Source: a virus
Lineage: Duplodnaviria > Caudoviricetes
Direction: 5' to 3' (one strand)
Length of the DNA stretch: 64,000 nt
IMG/VR virus record: IMGVR_UViG_3300028591_000094
Span: 104,083 to 168,082 of that record
How positions within the stretch are numbered: the first letter of the stretch is position 1; every line of letters starts with the position of its first letter. Under the pieces are notes generated by a model, which ran no database searches, was not told the DNA's origin, and saw nothing but the letters and a program-made list of their open reading frames with translations. Of the stretch, positions 31,611-39,753 are shown in pieces. Both the position numbers and the translations under genes were made by a program.

Positions 31611-32216
31611 TTATTCAGTTATTTCACTCAGTTTTTCCTTGAAACATTTTCGACACATTGGGGTATACATCTGGTTTCCTCCAATCTGTACCTGTTCTCC
31701 GTTGGTTACCACCTCCCCATATTCATTCACCCTTGCATTGATTATCGCCTTGCGACCACACTGACACGAAACCTTAATCTCCTCAATATTGTCTGCAAGT
31801 TCGAACAATCTCTGACTCCCAGGAAACATATGTCCTGTGAAATCGTTTCTCAATCCGTAACACATAACGTCGATATTAAGCTGGTCGACAATGTCAGCCA
31901 ACTGTTCCACGTGAGCGGGTGTTAAGAACTGAGCTTCATCGCACAGAATCCATTTTGGTGATGAGCCTCCCATAGCTTCGGTGTTAATACAATATTCGTT
32001 GATGATATCGTATATGTTGTCGATATTCCCTATTGACAGACAGGGTATCTCGATACCAATACGAGATTTAATTATATCAGCACCGTCACGGGTATCCACT
32101 GCGGGTTTGATACACAAAATTGATGTACCGTTTTCTAGGAAAGAGTGTGCCTTCATGATAAGATGAGCACTTTTTCCCGCGTTCATTGTGGAAAAAATAA
32201 AATAAAGTTTACTCAT
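31611..32216 (-). CDS. tdk: Thymidine kinase
   Basis: STMNAGKS, SRIG, DEAQFL, YGLRNDF, CQCG...YTPMCRKC. Confidence 0.95.
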   Translation of the reverse strand: MSKLYFIFSTMNAGKSAHLIMKAHSFLENGTSILCIKPAVDTRDGADIIKSRIGIEIPCLSIGNIDNIYDIINEYCINTEAMGGSSPKWILCDEAQFLTPAHVEQLADIVDQLNIDVMCYGLRNDFTGHMFPGSQRLFELADNIEEIKVSCQCGRKAIINARVNEYGEVVTNGEQVQIGGNQMYTPMCRKCFKEKLSEITE

Positions 32217-32227
32217 TAGGAATTTTT

Positions 32228-33211
32228 TTAGAACGGTAAATCATCTTCAACTTCTTCTTCCTGGACTGCTGGAGTCTGGACTGGCTGTTCCTGAAGCGCT
32301 TGTTTTGCTTTCTCTACAATAGCCGCCTCTTCCTTTTTCAATTCCTCAGGGTCTTTCCATACAACAAACTTGTTTTCCTCTTTGCTCCATACTGGCGACT
32401 CGCCGTCAGCAACAATCTTCAGATAGTCATATGATTTGCTGCGGTACATATCCCTCCAGTCTTTCGGGTCGTTTACCCAAGCGTCTATCTGTTCTTGTGT
32501 TTCAGCAAGCGGTGTTGGAACCACATCAGCGTCGAGACTGATAACAGTCTTGGCTGGCGCTCCTGGAGTCGGGTCTGTATCTTGGGTCAAAGTCAAAATG
32601 ATATCATACCCGTTTTTATAATCGAACATGTCAATATTACGCTTCTTGCGCAATGTGTACATATTCAATAGCTGGTCGAAAATTCCGCTACCATCATCGC
32701 GTTTGTTGAAACGCCAGAACTTGATGCCTTCAGCCTCATGACCGCGTTCAATGACACGGACAATATAGGCGGTCTTGGAATCATATTTGTAAGCCTGTTT
32801 ACAAACGGCTTTCCGTTCCGCGCTTTTCTCTGGCAACTCGTTTGCCTCGGTAAAAATCTCAGTCATGCGGTTGCATAGCGGGCAGCCTCGTTCATCATGT
32901 TTGTCGAGGTGCGGGTCTTTGAGGCAAATAAATGATTTGAATTTACCGTTAGATATGGTTTTAGCTCGCTGTTGCTTCTCATTCAACATAATGGAATGAA
33001 CTTCAACAGGAATTGCTACCTTATACCTATCATCAATATCCTTGGTAAGGACTATGCGAACCTGAATTTCGCGTCTGTCTTCCCCCTCGTTCAGTCTTGT
33101 GTCTAGATAATTATCGGTACTGAACTCTGTTTTTGGGGTTTTAGATGGATTGTTTTTTGGCTTCTGTCTTCCTTCATCGAACAAACCGTTTTCATTTACA
33201 TCTTCTGTCAT
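32228..33211 (-). CDS. Single-stranded DNA-binding protein (gp32-like) with an acidic DDLPF tail
   Basis: C..H..GCPLC putative Zn site, GIKFWRF, GYDIILT, C-terminal EEEVEDDLPF; first gene of the replication block. Confidence 0.75.
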   Translation of the reverse strand: MTEDVNENGLFDEGRQKPKNNPSKTPKTEFSTDNYLDTRLNEGEDRREIQVRIVLTKDIDDRYKVAIPVEVHSIMLNEKQQRAKTISNGKFKSFICLKDPHLDKHDERGCPLCNRMTEIFTEANELPEKSAERKAVCKQAYKYDSKTAYIVRVIERGHEAEGIKFWRFNKRDDGSGIFDQLLNMYTLRKKRNIDMFDYKNGYDIILTLTQDTDPTPGAPAKTVISLDADVVPTPLAETQEQIDAWVNDPKDWRDMYRSKSYDYLKIVADGESPVWSKEENKFVVWKDPEELKKEEAAIVEKAKQALQEQPVQTPAVQEEEVEDDLPF

Positions 33212-33290
33212 TTTAACTATATATTAATCACTTATTATTTTGCATTCTATACTATTATAAATATGTATATTTTCACTTTTTCGCTATTAT

Positions 33291-33305
33291 TAATATACGA
33301 AAATT
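33291..33305 (-). promoter_or_regulatory. Candidate early/middle promoter element AATTTTCGTATATTA
   Basis: Identical 15-mer at 35349-35363; both copies lie upstream of non-structural genes. Confidence 0.5.
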
Positions 33306-33317
33306 TATCAAATAACA

Positions 33318-33350
33318 CAAAAAAAGCGATACATTTCTGCACCGCTTTGA
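33318..33350 (-). terminator. Intrinsic terminator
   Basis: Minus strand AAAGCGGTGCA-gaaa-TGTATCGCTTTTTTT. Confidence 0.7.
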
Positions 33351-33373
33351 AAAAAAAGAAAGGAGGTTTTGTT

Positions 33374-34261
33374 TTAGTTTACAAAATAGTCTTTCAGTGA
33401 ACGATTAGCTTCGTTTAATGAATCCTCGTAGCTCTTGTCAACCAATCTGTCATTGACATTGTCGATGTCCGACTTCTTGATTTGGTACTGTGGTGCATCG
33501 TTGTTTGCTGTTATATTGTAGTGGTTGTTGATATCCTTGAATTTATCCCAGAATTCCTCAGGTTTCTGGTCAAAAGGATTGCCGCCAGCATACAGACGTA
33601 CATTCATCGTTTCTTCCTCGGTAGGATTGCGCTTAGCTATTTCACGTTTCAGCTCTCCAATTTTGGCGTCGTTTACATCCAATGCCTGGTTGAATTTGTC
33701 AATAACCTGCATAAGGTTGTCAAACTTTGAATTGATATCATCCAAGGTGGCTTGCTGTTCCTCTTGAGCATTCTGCATGCTTTCCTGTGCATCGGTTAAC
33801 GCGGTTATGTCAACTACATTGTCGTTCGGACCTGGCTGAGCACCACCCATGGCATTAGGGTCGCCCATAGCATTTGGGTCACCACCCATTGCCATTTCAG
33901 GTGTTGGTTGACCACCGATAGCGTTCGGGTCGCCCATGGCGTTAGGGTCGGCACCAGCTGCATTCGGGTCACCGCTAGCTGCATTCGGGTCACCGCCCAT
34001 CATATTTGGGTACCCACCCATCATTCCAGGGTCGCCGCCTGCAGGAGTACCACCCATTGCATTGGGGTCACCACCCATGGCGTTAGGGTCGCTACCCATG
34101 GCGTTAGGGTTGGCACCAGCTGCATTAGGGTCGACACCAGGAGCTGGGGCGCCGCCAGCCTCACCAGCCTCATTATTTCCATCATAGAATGAGTATTCAA
34201 ACAAATGCTGCATTCTCTGTCTGGTTTCCTGGAGAAGTTTTTCTTGCTGTATCTTATCCAT
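33374..34261 (-). CDS. Low-complexity protein with GDPNAMG repeats and a coiled coil
   Basis: 295 aa; roughly a dozen (G/A)DPNA(M/A)G-like units. Confidence 0.75.
   Translation of the reverse strand: MDKIQQEKLLQETRQRMQHLFEYSFYDGNNEAGEAGGAPAPGVDPNAAGANPNAMGSDPNAMGGDPNAMGGTPAGGDPGMMGGYPNMMGGDPNAASGDPNAAGADPNAMGDPNAIGGQPTPEMAMGGDPNAMGDPNAMGGAQPGPNDNVVDITALTDAQESMQNAQEEQQATLDDINSKFDNLMQVIDKFNQALDVNDAKIGELKREIAKRNPTEEETMNVRLYAGGNPFDQKPEEFWDKFKDINNHYNITANNDAPQYQIKKSDIDNVNDRLVDKSYEDSLNEANRSLKDYFVN
33850..34135 (-). repeat. Coding tandem repeat (18-21 bp units)
   Basis: Recurrent ccatggcgttagggtcg / gcattcgggtcacc units encoding GDPNAMG. Confidence 0.8.
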
Positions 34262-34265
34262 TTTC

Positions 34266-34424
34266 TTAGTCGGTAAGCATTACTTTATTATCCTCAGTAA
34301 TCAGAATCGTGCTATTACTGGTGCGTTCGAACAGACCGTTATCTTTCTTCATAACCTTAACTTTCTTTTCGGGAAGTTTCTGTCCGTCAAGAATATTGTT
34401 AACTCTAGTAGCTTTGTTGTCCAT
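34266..34424 (-). CDS. Small hypothetical protein (52 aa; not in the ORF track)
   Basis: MDNKATRVNNILDGQKLPEKKVKVMKKDNGLFERTSNSTILITEDNKVMLTD; fills the gap with 4-nt spacers on both sides. Confidence 0.7.
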   Translation of the reverse strand: MDNKATRVNNILDGQKLPEKKVKVMKKDNGLFERTSNSTILITEDNKVMLTD

Positions 34425-34428
34425 TGTA

Positions 34429-34713
34429 TTATTGATTTTCTTCGTTATTATCGATTTGTTTGAGTTCCGACTTCGGGGTCATGATGTCCTCTGGCTCGGA
34501 TATAACTGGTTTTTTTGAACCTCTTTTCTTCTTCTCGGGAGCTGGTTCGTCTATCTTGGTCATTGAACCTTTGGATATTGTGCTCGCATCAATAGCGGCA
34601 ACAGTTTTTGGTGTTGCCTTATCTTCGCGCTTGGTGGCACGCTGATGTACTCGACGATTGCGAGTATGCTTTTCGATAATTTCTCGCTTGGTTACTCTCT
34701 TTTTCTTCAACAT
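34429..34713 (-). CDS. Small basic hypothetical protein
   Basis: 94 aa, Lys/Arg-rich; TATTTAT motif upstream. Confidence 0.6.
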   Translation of the reverse strand: MLKKKRVTKREIIEKHTRNRRVHQRATKREDKATPKTVAAIDASTISKGSMTKIDEPAPEKKKRGSKKPVISEPEDIMTPKSELKQIDNNEENQ

Positions 34714-34743
34714 ATATATCTAATTCTTTAATAATAAATATCA

Positions 34744-35343
34744 TTATCTTTGAAAATATTCATATAACGGTAATATATAGTGTGTATTTCCACCAATAAC
34801 CTTCCTAATGTCGCCATCAATAAACGACGTGTCGTGAATGAATTCCCCGTTTTTGACAAGTCTGATGACTTTGTTTCTGTAAATACCAAGATACTCACAC
34901 AGTGTCAGTGAAATACCGAATATTGTCTCATACTGTTTACTATAAATAAACATGAAGTTTTTGTTCCTTGTCAGGAAAACCACCTTGTGTGTTGAGCCTT
35001 TAGCAAAACTAATCATTTTTTTGATGGAATTCAAACGGAAATTAACCAAATCGACATATACATACTTGATTTTGTTCATTCTAGACAGGATTGTGAATTT
35101 GAAGAACTCCATTATGTCGTCCTCGTATTCACATCGCCGCTCGGTCTTGGAAAATGTCCACCATATGTTATCATATCTCTTAGTGAGGATGTTGACCTGT
35201 GGGATGTACTTCTTCGCATTCTCCCAACCAATAATCAACGTTGGCACCCCTTGGATTATATCATCATAGGAGTTAACCACATTGAAAATCTCGCTAAATG
35301 TATTCTGTTTACTACTGGTTACTATATTACCTAGTTTTTCCAC
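34744..35343 (-). CDS. Hypothetical protein
   Basis: 199 aa, GTG start. Confidence 0.7.
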   Translation of the reverse strand: MEKLGNIVTSSKQNTFSEIFNVVNSYDDIIQGVPTLIIGWENAKKYIPQVNILTKRYDNIWWTFSKTERRCEYEDDIMEFFKFTILSRMNKIKYVYVDLVNFRLNSIKKMISFAKGSTHKVVFLTRNKNFMFIYSKQYETIFGISLTLCEYLGIYRNKVIRLVKNGEFIHDTSFIDGDIRKVIGGNTHYILPLYEYFQR

Positions 35344-35348
35344 ATTAC

Positions 35349-35363
35349 TAATATACGAAAATT
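35349..35363 (-). promoter_or_regulatory. Second copy of the AATTTTCGTATATTA element
   Basis: Exact match to 33291-33305. Confidence 0.5.
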
Positions 35364-35364
35364 C

Positions 35365-38300
35365 TTAGAAACATAGAACATTCGACCAGGTAAAATTAGA
35401 TTGTGGTTTTCCGAGTTTCCAATAATATGTATTACTCTTGATTTTCTTATTGCTACCGTTCACTGTTGTTCCTGCAGGCACCTTACACCAACCATACTCC
35501 CAATTTCCTGACGAACTAAGATAGATTGCGTTCTTGACGTTTAATTCCAACATTTTTGTCTGCAAGTCAACCAACCTCATTGCATTGTCACAGACAATTA
35601 GTGCTAATTTACCGTTTTTCAACTCTGCAAGTGCTCGGCAATGGTGTTGTTCTGCCATGTTGGTAAAAACTTTAGGTGTTTTACACTCTCTCCCGTTTTC
35701 TATAAGCATATAGCCCTGAAATGCACAGGTAATTCTATCGGACTGGTATTGACCTGGATTGATTGTTAACTCCGTTGGTAAACCTGAACAAGTGTGTTTT
35801 ATATCATTTATATAAGAAAGGTTATTGTTATAGAAACAAAACGACCCATCATTATTATATATGAAACCGCCTCCACCACTATATTTAAACAATTGACCAA
35901 TACTTCCTTCTGTTACGAACATACCCTTTGGTTCAAACTGAGAATTACCTAAATTCTGACTCTGTGCAGCCTGTGTAACAGCCTTGTATTCTGAATTAGC
36001 TCCAGGAAACTGTGGTTGGTTGAAACTCTTTATTTTCAAATGCAACGGGCTTGTTATCTCTTGGACAAACAAGTCGTTGGTTTGATTACTCGGCGGAGTT
36101 ATAGCACCACTGGCTGGGACATCACTGGTTATCGCCAGGGTATTCGTGGTTGTTTCGGTTTTGTGCTCAACCTGTTCTATCTTAACAGCTGTGCACATAG
36201 CATGGTGGGTGTACACGTCGGTACCCTCGCCCATCATGCTTGTCTCAATCATTGTTACCTGGACTTTATTGTTTGGTACAGTACATGTGGTACTCTTGTC
36301 AGCCTCATTGTCTCCGCCCTCGGCAACATAATGGTGACCGTCGTGCATACCTAGATAGATAGCTACGTGCATGTGTTTGCCTTCAATGTTGCCGTTATGA
36401 TATCCGAATAAAATATCACCCACTTTTGGATGAGTGCTGGTTGCCGACAGGGAAGCCCAGTTGTTACTCTTGCGCGGACGTTTCTTAAACATAATCATAT
36501 TCCATTTACCCGAGCTGTCTAACTCGGTGAACATGTTTGTTCCGTTTTCATATGCTAAATTATGATTTATGTCAACATTGAACGCCTTTTTATAAACTTC
36601 CCTTACGAATACATCACATAGCATTGGCTGCCCAATATAACTATTGATTACTTCGGATAGTTTGTTGTCCATAATATCCAGTTCGTTACCATCGGTTGTC
36701 CGTATAGTTTCGCCGTTACGAGCAGTATCTTGGTCTGAGTTTACAGTCTGATTCGTACCATCACTTTCTTTGTTGATGGTGGCAAACCACGATGTGGCGA
36801 ATGGTTTCTGTACTTTGGACATCTTCATCCCAGTAAAGGTTGTAGTCATGTTGCCAACAGATATGTTGTGTTCAACCTTTATAATCATGTAAGTACCCCT
36901 GAACATTGGCACGTTCATCAACTGGAAGTACATAAGTGGCTGTATCTGCATATTACCCATCATCTCAATGGTGACTATGTATGAATACGCTTGATATATT
37001 GAGTATATGTCCTGACCGTAGAATACAAGTTTCTTTTTACTGCTGTTGCCGAGTTCGGCTATCTGAGCGAGCGCCCTTGCCGACTGTTCGGTCACTTGGT
37101 GGGTATCCATGCCGACTCTGATATTTTTCCATAAAGCGTTATCCTGCCTTGAATATGCCACACCGAAAGCTGGTACCTTGAACCCCATACGGCTGTCGTT
37201 TCTGAAACGTTTCTTTTTTCCTACGTTTGCGTTTGGGTTGTAGTTGAATATACTAGGCGCCACCTTGGTACCTTCATCATAAGACCAAATATCAAATGTG
37301 TCTGGTACAAATCTGTTTCTGTCTTCAGTTGACAGCGATTTAGCCGAATGCGTATAGACAACGACAAATTTGTTCATGATTTGTGGTTCGCCAACTTGAT
37401 TCGACGGTATCGGTACGAACATATTTCGGAGGCTTCTCCACATTTCTCCCTCATCATCTGAACAGAAGTTGGCAAAGTCTGGGAAGTTAAACATTGCACA
37501 ACGGTGGTGACTGGCAATATTACCTAAATGAGTTACAACATTATGACCGCTTTTTCTGTCATCTAATACATTACCTTCATATTGTTCAAGGAGGAGTCGG
37601 CAATTCAGCCTCAACTGTCCTGCGATGTTGTTGTAGAATGTATCGATGAATAGAAAGTTATTGAAAAAATTACCAACCGTGAAAAAAGCGTTATCTGATG
37701 CATTTTTACTGTTGTAAAATCCGCAGAACCATCTATCCCACAAATTTTTTAACAATGCGTATATCTCACATTTGAAATCATATTCATTACTTGACGTTTC
37801 CTCTTCAATCTTGGAAATGCGTCCACTTACTTCGGGGTCTTGTTTGATATAATAATTCAAGGTATTACAGAATCCGTCCAAGTAACTCTTGTAGTTAGCT
37901 TGGTATATGCTACCGTCGTTTGGAGTGAACTTCTGATTCATACCCGTAGTTTGAACCAGAACTGGCTGTGAAAATGCTACATTATAAAGAAACATTCCAC
38001 CTACCGTGTTGTCTTTGTCTTCAACATAATAGAGGGATAAGGCATTGTCTTCAATAAATCCCATCGAATAATTGTAAGCGAAACCCGATATCGACACCAT
38101 ATTATTCGAACCTAAGTCTATCTCCTTTGTCCCAAGCAGATATTCGAACGTCAATTTCAGGTTGTTTTTTACCCCCGACTGAGTCAAGGTCTGCATGATG
38201 CCACCGAGTTTTTTATAGTCCATCTTGTACTCAACGGTCGATGTCGGGGCGTTACCTATGTATGTCACTTCGCCGTTATTTTGTGAAGTACTACCGTTTT

Positions 38301-39555
38301 GAGTGGTAACCTTGTATTTTAGTTCAATTCCCTCGAGATATTTTGCATAAGTATGAACGAAATCCAAAAACTTATCAACAAGCATGTTGGCTGTATATTC
38401 ATCCATCTCTTTGTTAACAAACTTCTCATATTGAACATTATATACATTGGCACTTCCCTTGGCGTATGCTAACTTATAATATTCCCCGTCCTGGCGGAAT
38501 AATGGGTCGTATGGATATTCAGGCTTGCTATATAACTGATGATATGTTTCCACACCATTCTCCACTGTTGTATATCCATATTCAACAGGGTCTGTGTTGT
38601 TGTGCGACTCACTCCATCTCTTTCTCCAAATCAATCCGCCTAACAATAACACATAGCCACGCGGTACCAGTTCTACACCACCATGCTTTGCATTTTTGTT
38701 GTTGAAAAACCCTCTTTCCAGTACATTATCGTAGCTGAATGGTATTGAATGCAAGAACAAGAGACATTTAACACACTGGCGCTTTGTCACTGCATCCGTA
38801 TTGATATCGTCCTGTTGATTATATATGTATCCATTCTGTAAATAGTAGAACGGGTCGGCTAATAGAGTTCTCTCATTCAGTTTATTGTTTTGAAATGCAT
38901 ATATTATGTTTTGGTGTGCATGTACAAACTTTGCTAACTCATCGCGTTCAGATTTGTGTGGACTGATATATCTGGTTTGTTTGAGAGCTGAGTCGGTTGC
39001 CAATCCAACGTTCGAGCTAGCGACGCTACAGCCAACACCTTCCGTACCAGCACGTTTAACTCTTTGACCGTGTAAAAACTGTTGATAGTTTGGCGAATTA
39101 ACCAGCCAGGGAAATTCATTGATTAGTCCCGTATCTCTTAACCATTCTTCCACATTGAACGACGGACAAGCTTTGGCTGCAAATTCATAGTGTCCGTGAA
39201 CTGTCATCTGGGTGTTTTCAACATCCCTGTAGTGGATAAGTTGACTACGAACAAACTGATATAATGTATTATTCTGTTGATATGTTCTAGTGTCTTTTGC
39301 TTTCGTACTGTTAGCTTCACATCCACCAATGTAGCATACACCTATTGACCGTGCGTTATAGTTAGCAGTGTGGGCTCCGCCGTTAGCAAGTGGACGGCCT
39401 TCATGTAAAGAACCGTCACGGTAAATAACATAGTTGTAACCAATATCCGTCCAATGGCGCTCGTTGATGTGCCAATTTCTTATTTGTTCAACTGTTACAT
39501 CCTGTCCTTCGTGTGTCGCTGAACAGTGTATTATGAGCATATCCTTCTTAGCCAT
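35365..39555 (-). CDS. Baseplate hub-like protein with N-terminal Amidase_2, NlpC/P60-like and phosphodiester-glycosidase-like domains
   Basis: IIHCSAT..DIGYNYVI..GAHT..SIGVCYIGG..GHYEFAAKACPSF (T7 lysozyme-like); IEMMGNMQIQPLMYFQL..GTYMIIKVEHNI (hub C-terminus); LCDVFV..VGDILF..HVAIYLG; RALAELKNGKLALIV..LNVKNAIYLSSSG. Confidence 0.75.
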   Translation of the reverse strand: MAKKDMLIIHCSATHEGQDVTVEQIRNWHINERHWTDIGYNYVIYRDGSLHEGRPLANGGAHTANYNARSIGVCYIGGCEANSTKAKDTRTYQQNNTLYQFVRSQLIHYRDVENTQMTVHGHYEFAAKACPSFNVEEWLRDTGLINEFPWLVNSPNYQQFLHGQRVKRAGTEGVGCSVASSNVGLATDSALKQTRYISPHKSERDELAKFVHAHQNIIYAFQNNKLNERTLLADPFYYLQNGYIYNQQDDINTDAVTKRQCVKCLLFLHSIPFSYDNVLERGFFNNKNAKHGGVELVPRGYVLLLGGLIWRKRWSESHNNTDPVEYGYTTVENGVETYHQLYSKPEYPYDPLFRQDGEYYKLAYAKGSANVYNVQYEKFVNKEMDEYTANMLVDKFLDFVHTYAKYLEGIELKYKVTTQNGSTSQNNGEVTYIGNAPTSTVEYKMDYKKLGGIMQTLTQSGVKNNLKLTFEYLLGTKEIDLGSNNMVSISGFAYNYSMGFIEDNALSLYYVEDKDNTVGGMFLYNVAFSQPVLVQTTGMNQKFTPNDGSIYQANYKSYLDGFCNTLNYYIKQDPEVSGRISKIEEETSSNEYDFKCEIYALLKNLWDRWFCGFYNSKNASDNAFFTVGNFFNNFLFIDTFYNNIAGQLRLNCRLLLEQYEGNVLDDRKSGHNVVTHLGNIASHHRCAMFNFPDFANFCSDDEGEMWRSLRNMFVPIPSNQVGEPQIMNKFVVVYTHSAKSLSTEDRNRFVPDTFDIWSYDEGTKVAPSIFNYNPNANVGKKKRFRNDSRMGFKVPAFGVAYSRQDNALWKNIRVGMDTHQVTEQSARALAQIAELGNSSKKKLVFYGQDIYSIYQAYSYIVTIEMMGNMQIQPLMYFQLMNVPMFRGTYMIIKVEHNISVGNMTTTFTGMKMSKVQKPFATSWFATINKESDGTNQTVNSDQDTARNGETIRTTDGNELDIMDNKLSEVINSYIGQPMLCDVFVREVYKKAFNVDINHNLAYENGTNMFTELDSSGKWNMIMFKKRPRKSNNWASLSATSTHPKVGDILFGYHNGNIEGKHMHVAIYLGMHDGHHYVAEGGDNEADKSTTCTVPNNKVQVTMIETSMMGEGTDVYTHHAMCTAVKIEQVEHKTETTTNTLAITSDVPASGAITPPSNQTNDLFVQEITSPLHLKIKSFNQPQFPGANSEYKAVTQAAQSQNLGNSQFEPKGMFVTEGSIGQLFKYSGGGGFIYNNDGSFCFYNNNLSYINDIKHTCSGLPTELTINPGQYQSDRITCAFQGYMLIENGRECKTPKVFTNMAEQHHCRALAELKNGKLALIVCDNAMRLVDLQTKMLELNVKNAIYLSSSGNWEYGWCKVPAGTTVNGSNKKIKSNTYYWKLGKPQSNFTWSNVLCF

Positions 39556-39560
39556 GTTAG

Positions 39561-39752
39561 TTACTGTTGTGGGTTATTAGGAAAATCTGGCAAATATTTA
39601 TCCAACTTATCATCTGTTGGCATATAATCACGAAAATTGGAAATGTATGTAGTAACTGTGTAAGCATTGTCTTTATTGTCGACTGAATACGCAGTTTTCT
39701 TTTTATCCTCACTCGGGTCGGTCACTGTTAATGATATGCCTGATTTTCCCAT
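39561..39752 (-). CDS. Small hypothetical protein
   Basis: 63 aa; 1-nt and 5-nt spacers to its neighbours. Confidence 0.5.
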   Translation of the reverse strand: MGKSGISLTVTDPSEDKKKTAYSVDNKDNAYTVTTYISNFRDYMPTDDKLDKYLPDFPNNPQQ

Positions 39753-39753
39753 A

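Noticed and set aside
33850-34135. CRISPR-like array
   Set aside because: The repeats are in-frame, degenerate at wobble positions and have no unique spacers, so this is a coding repeat.
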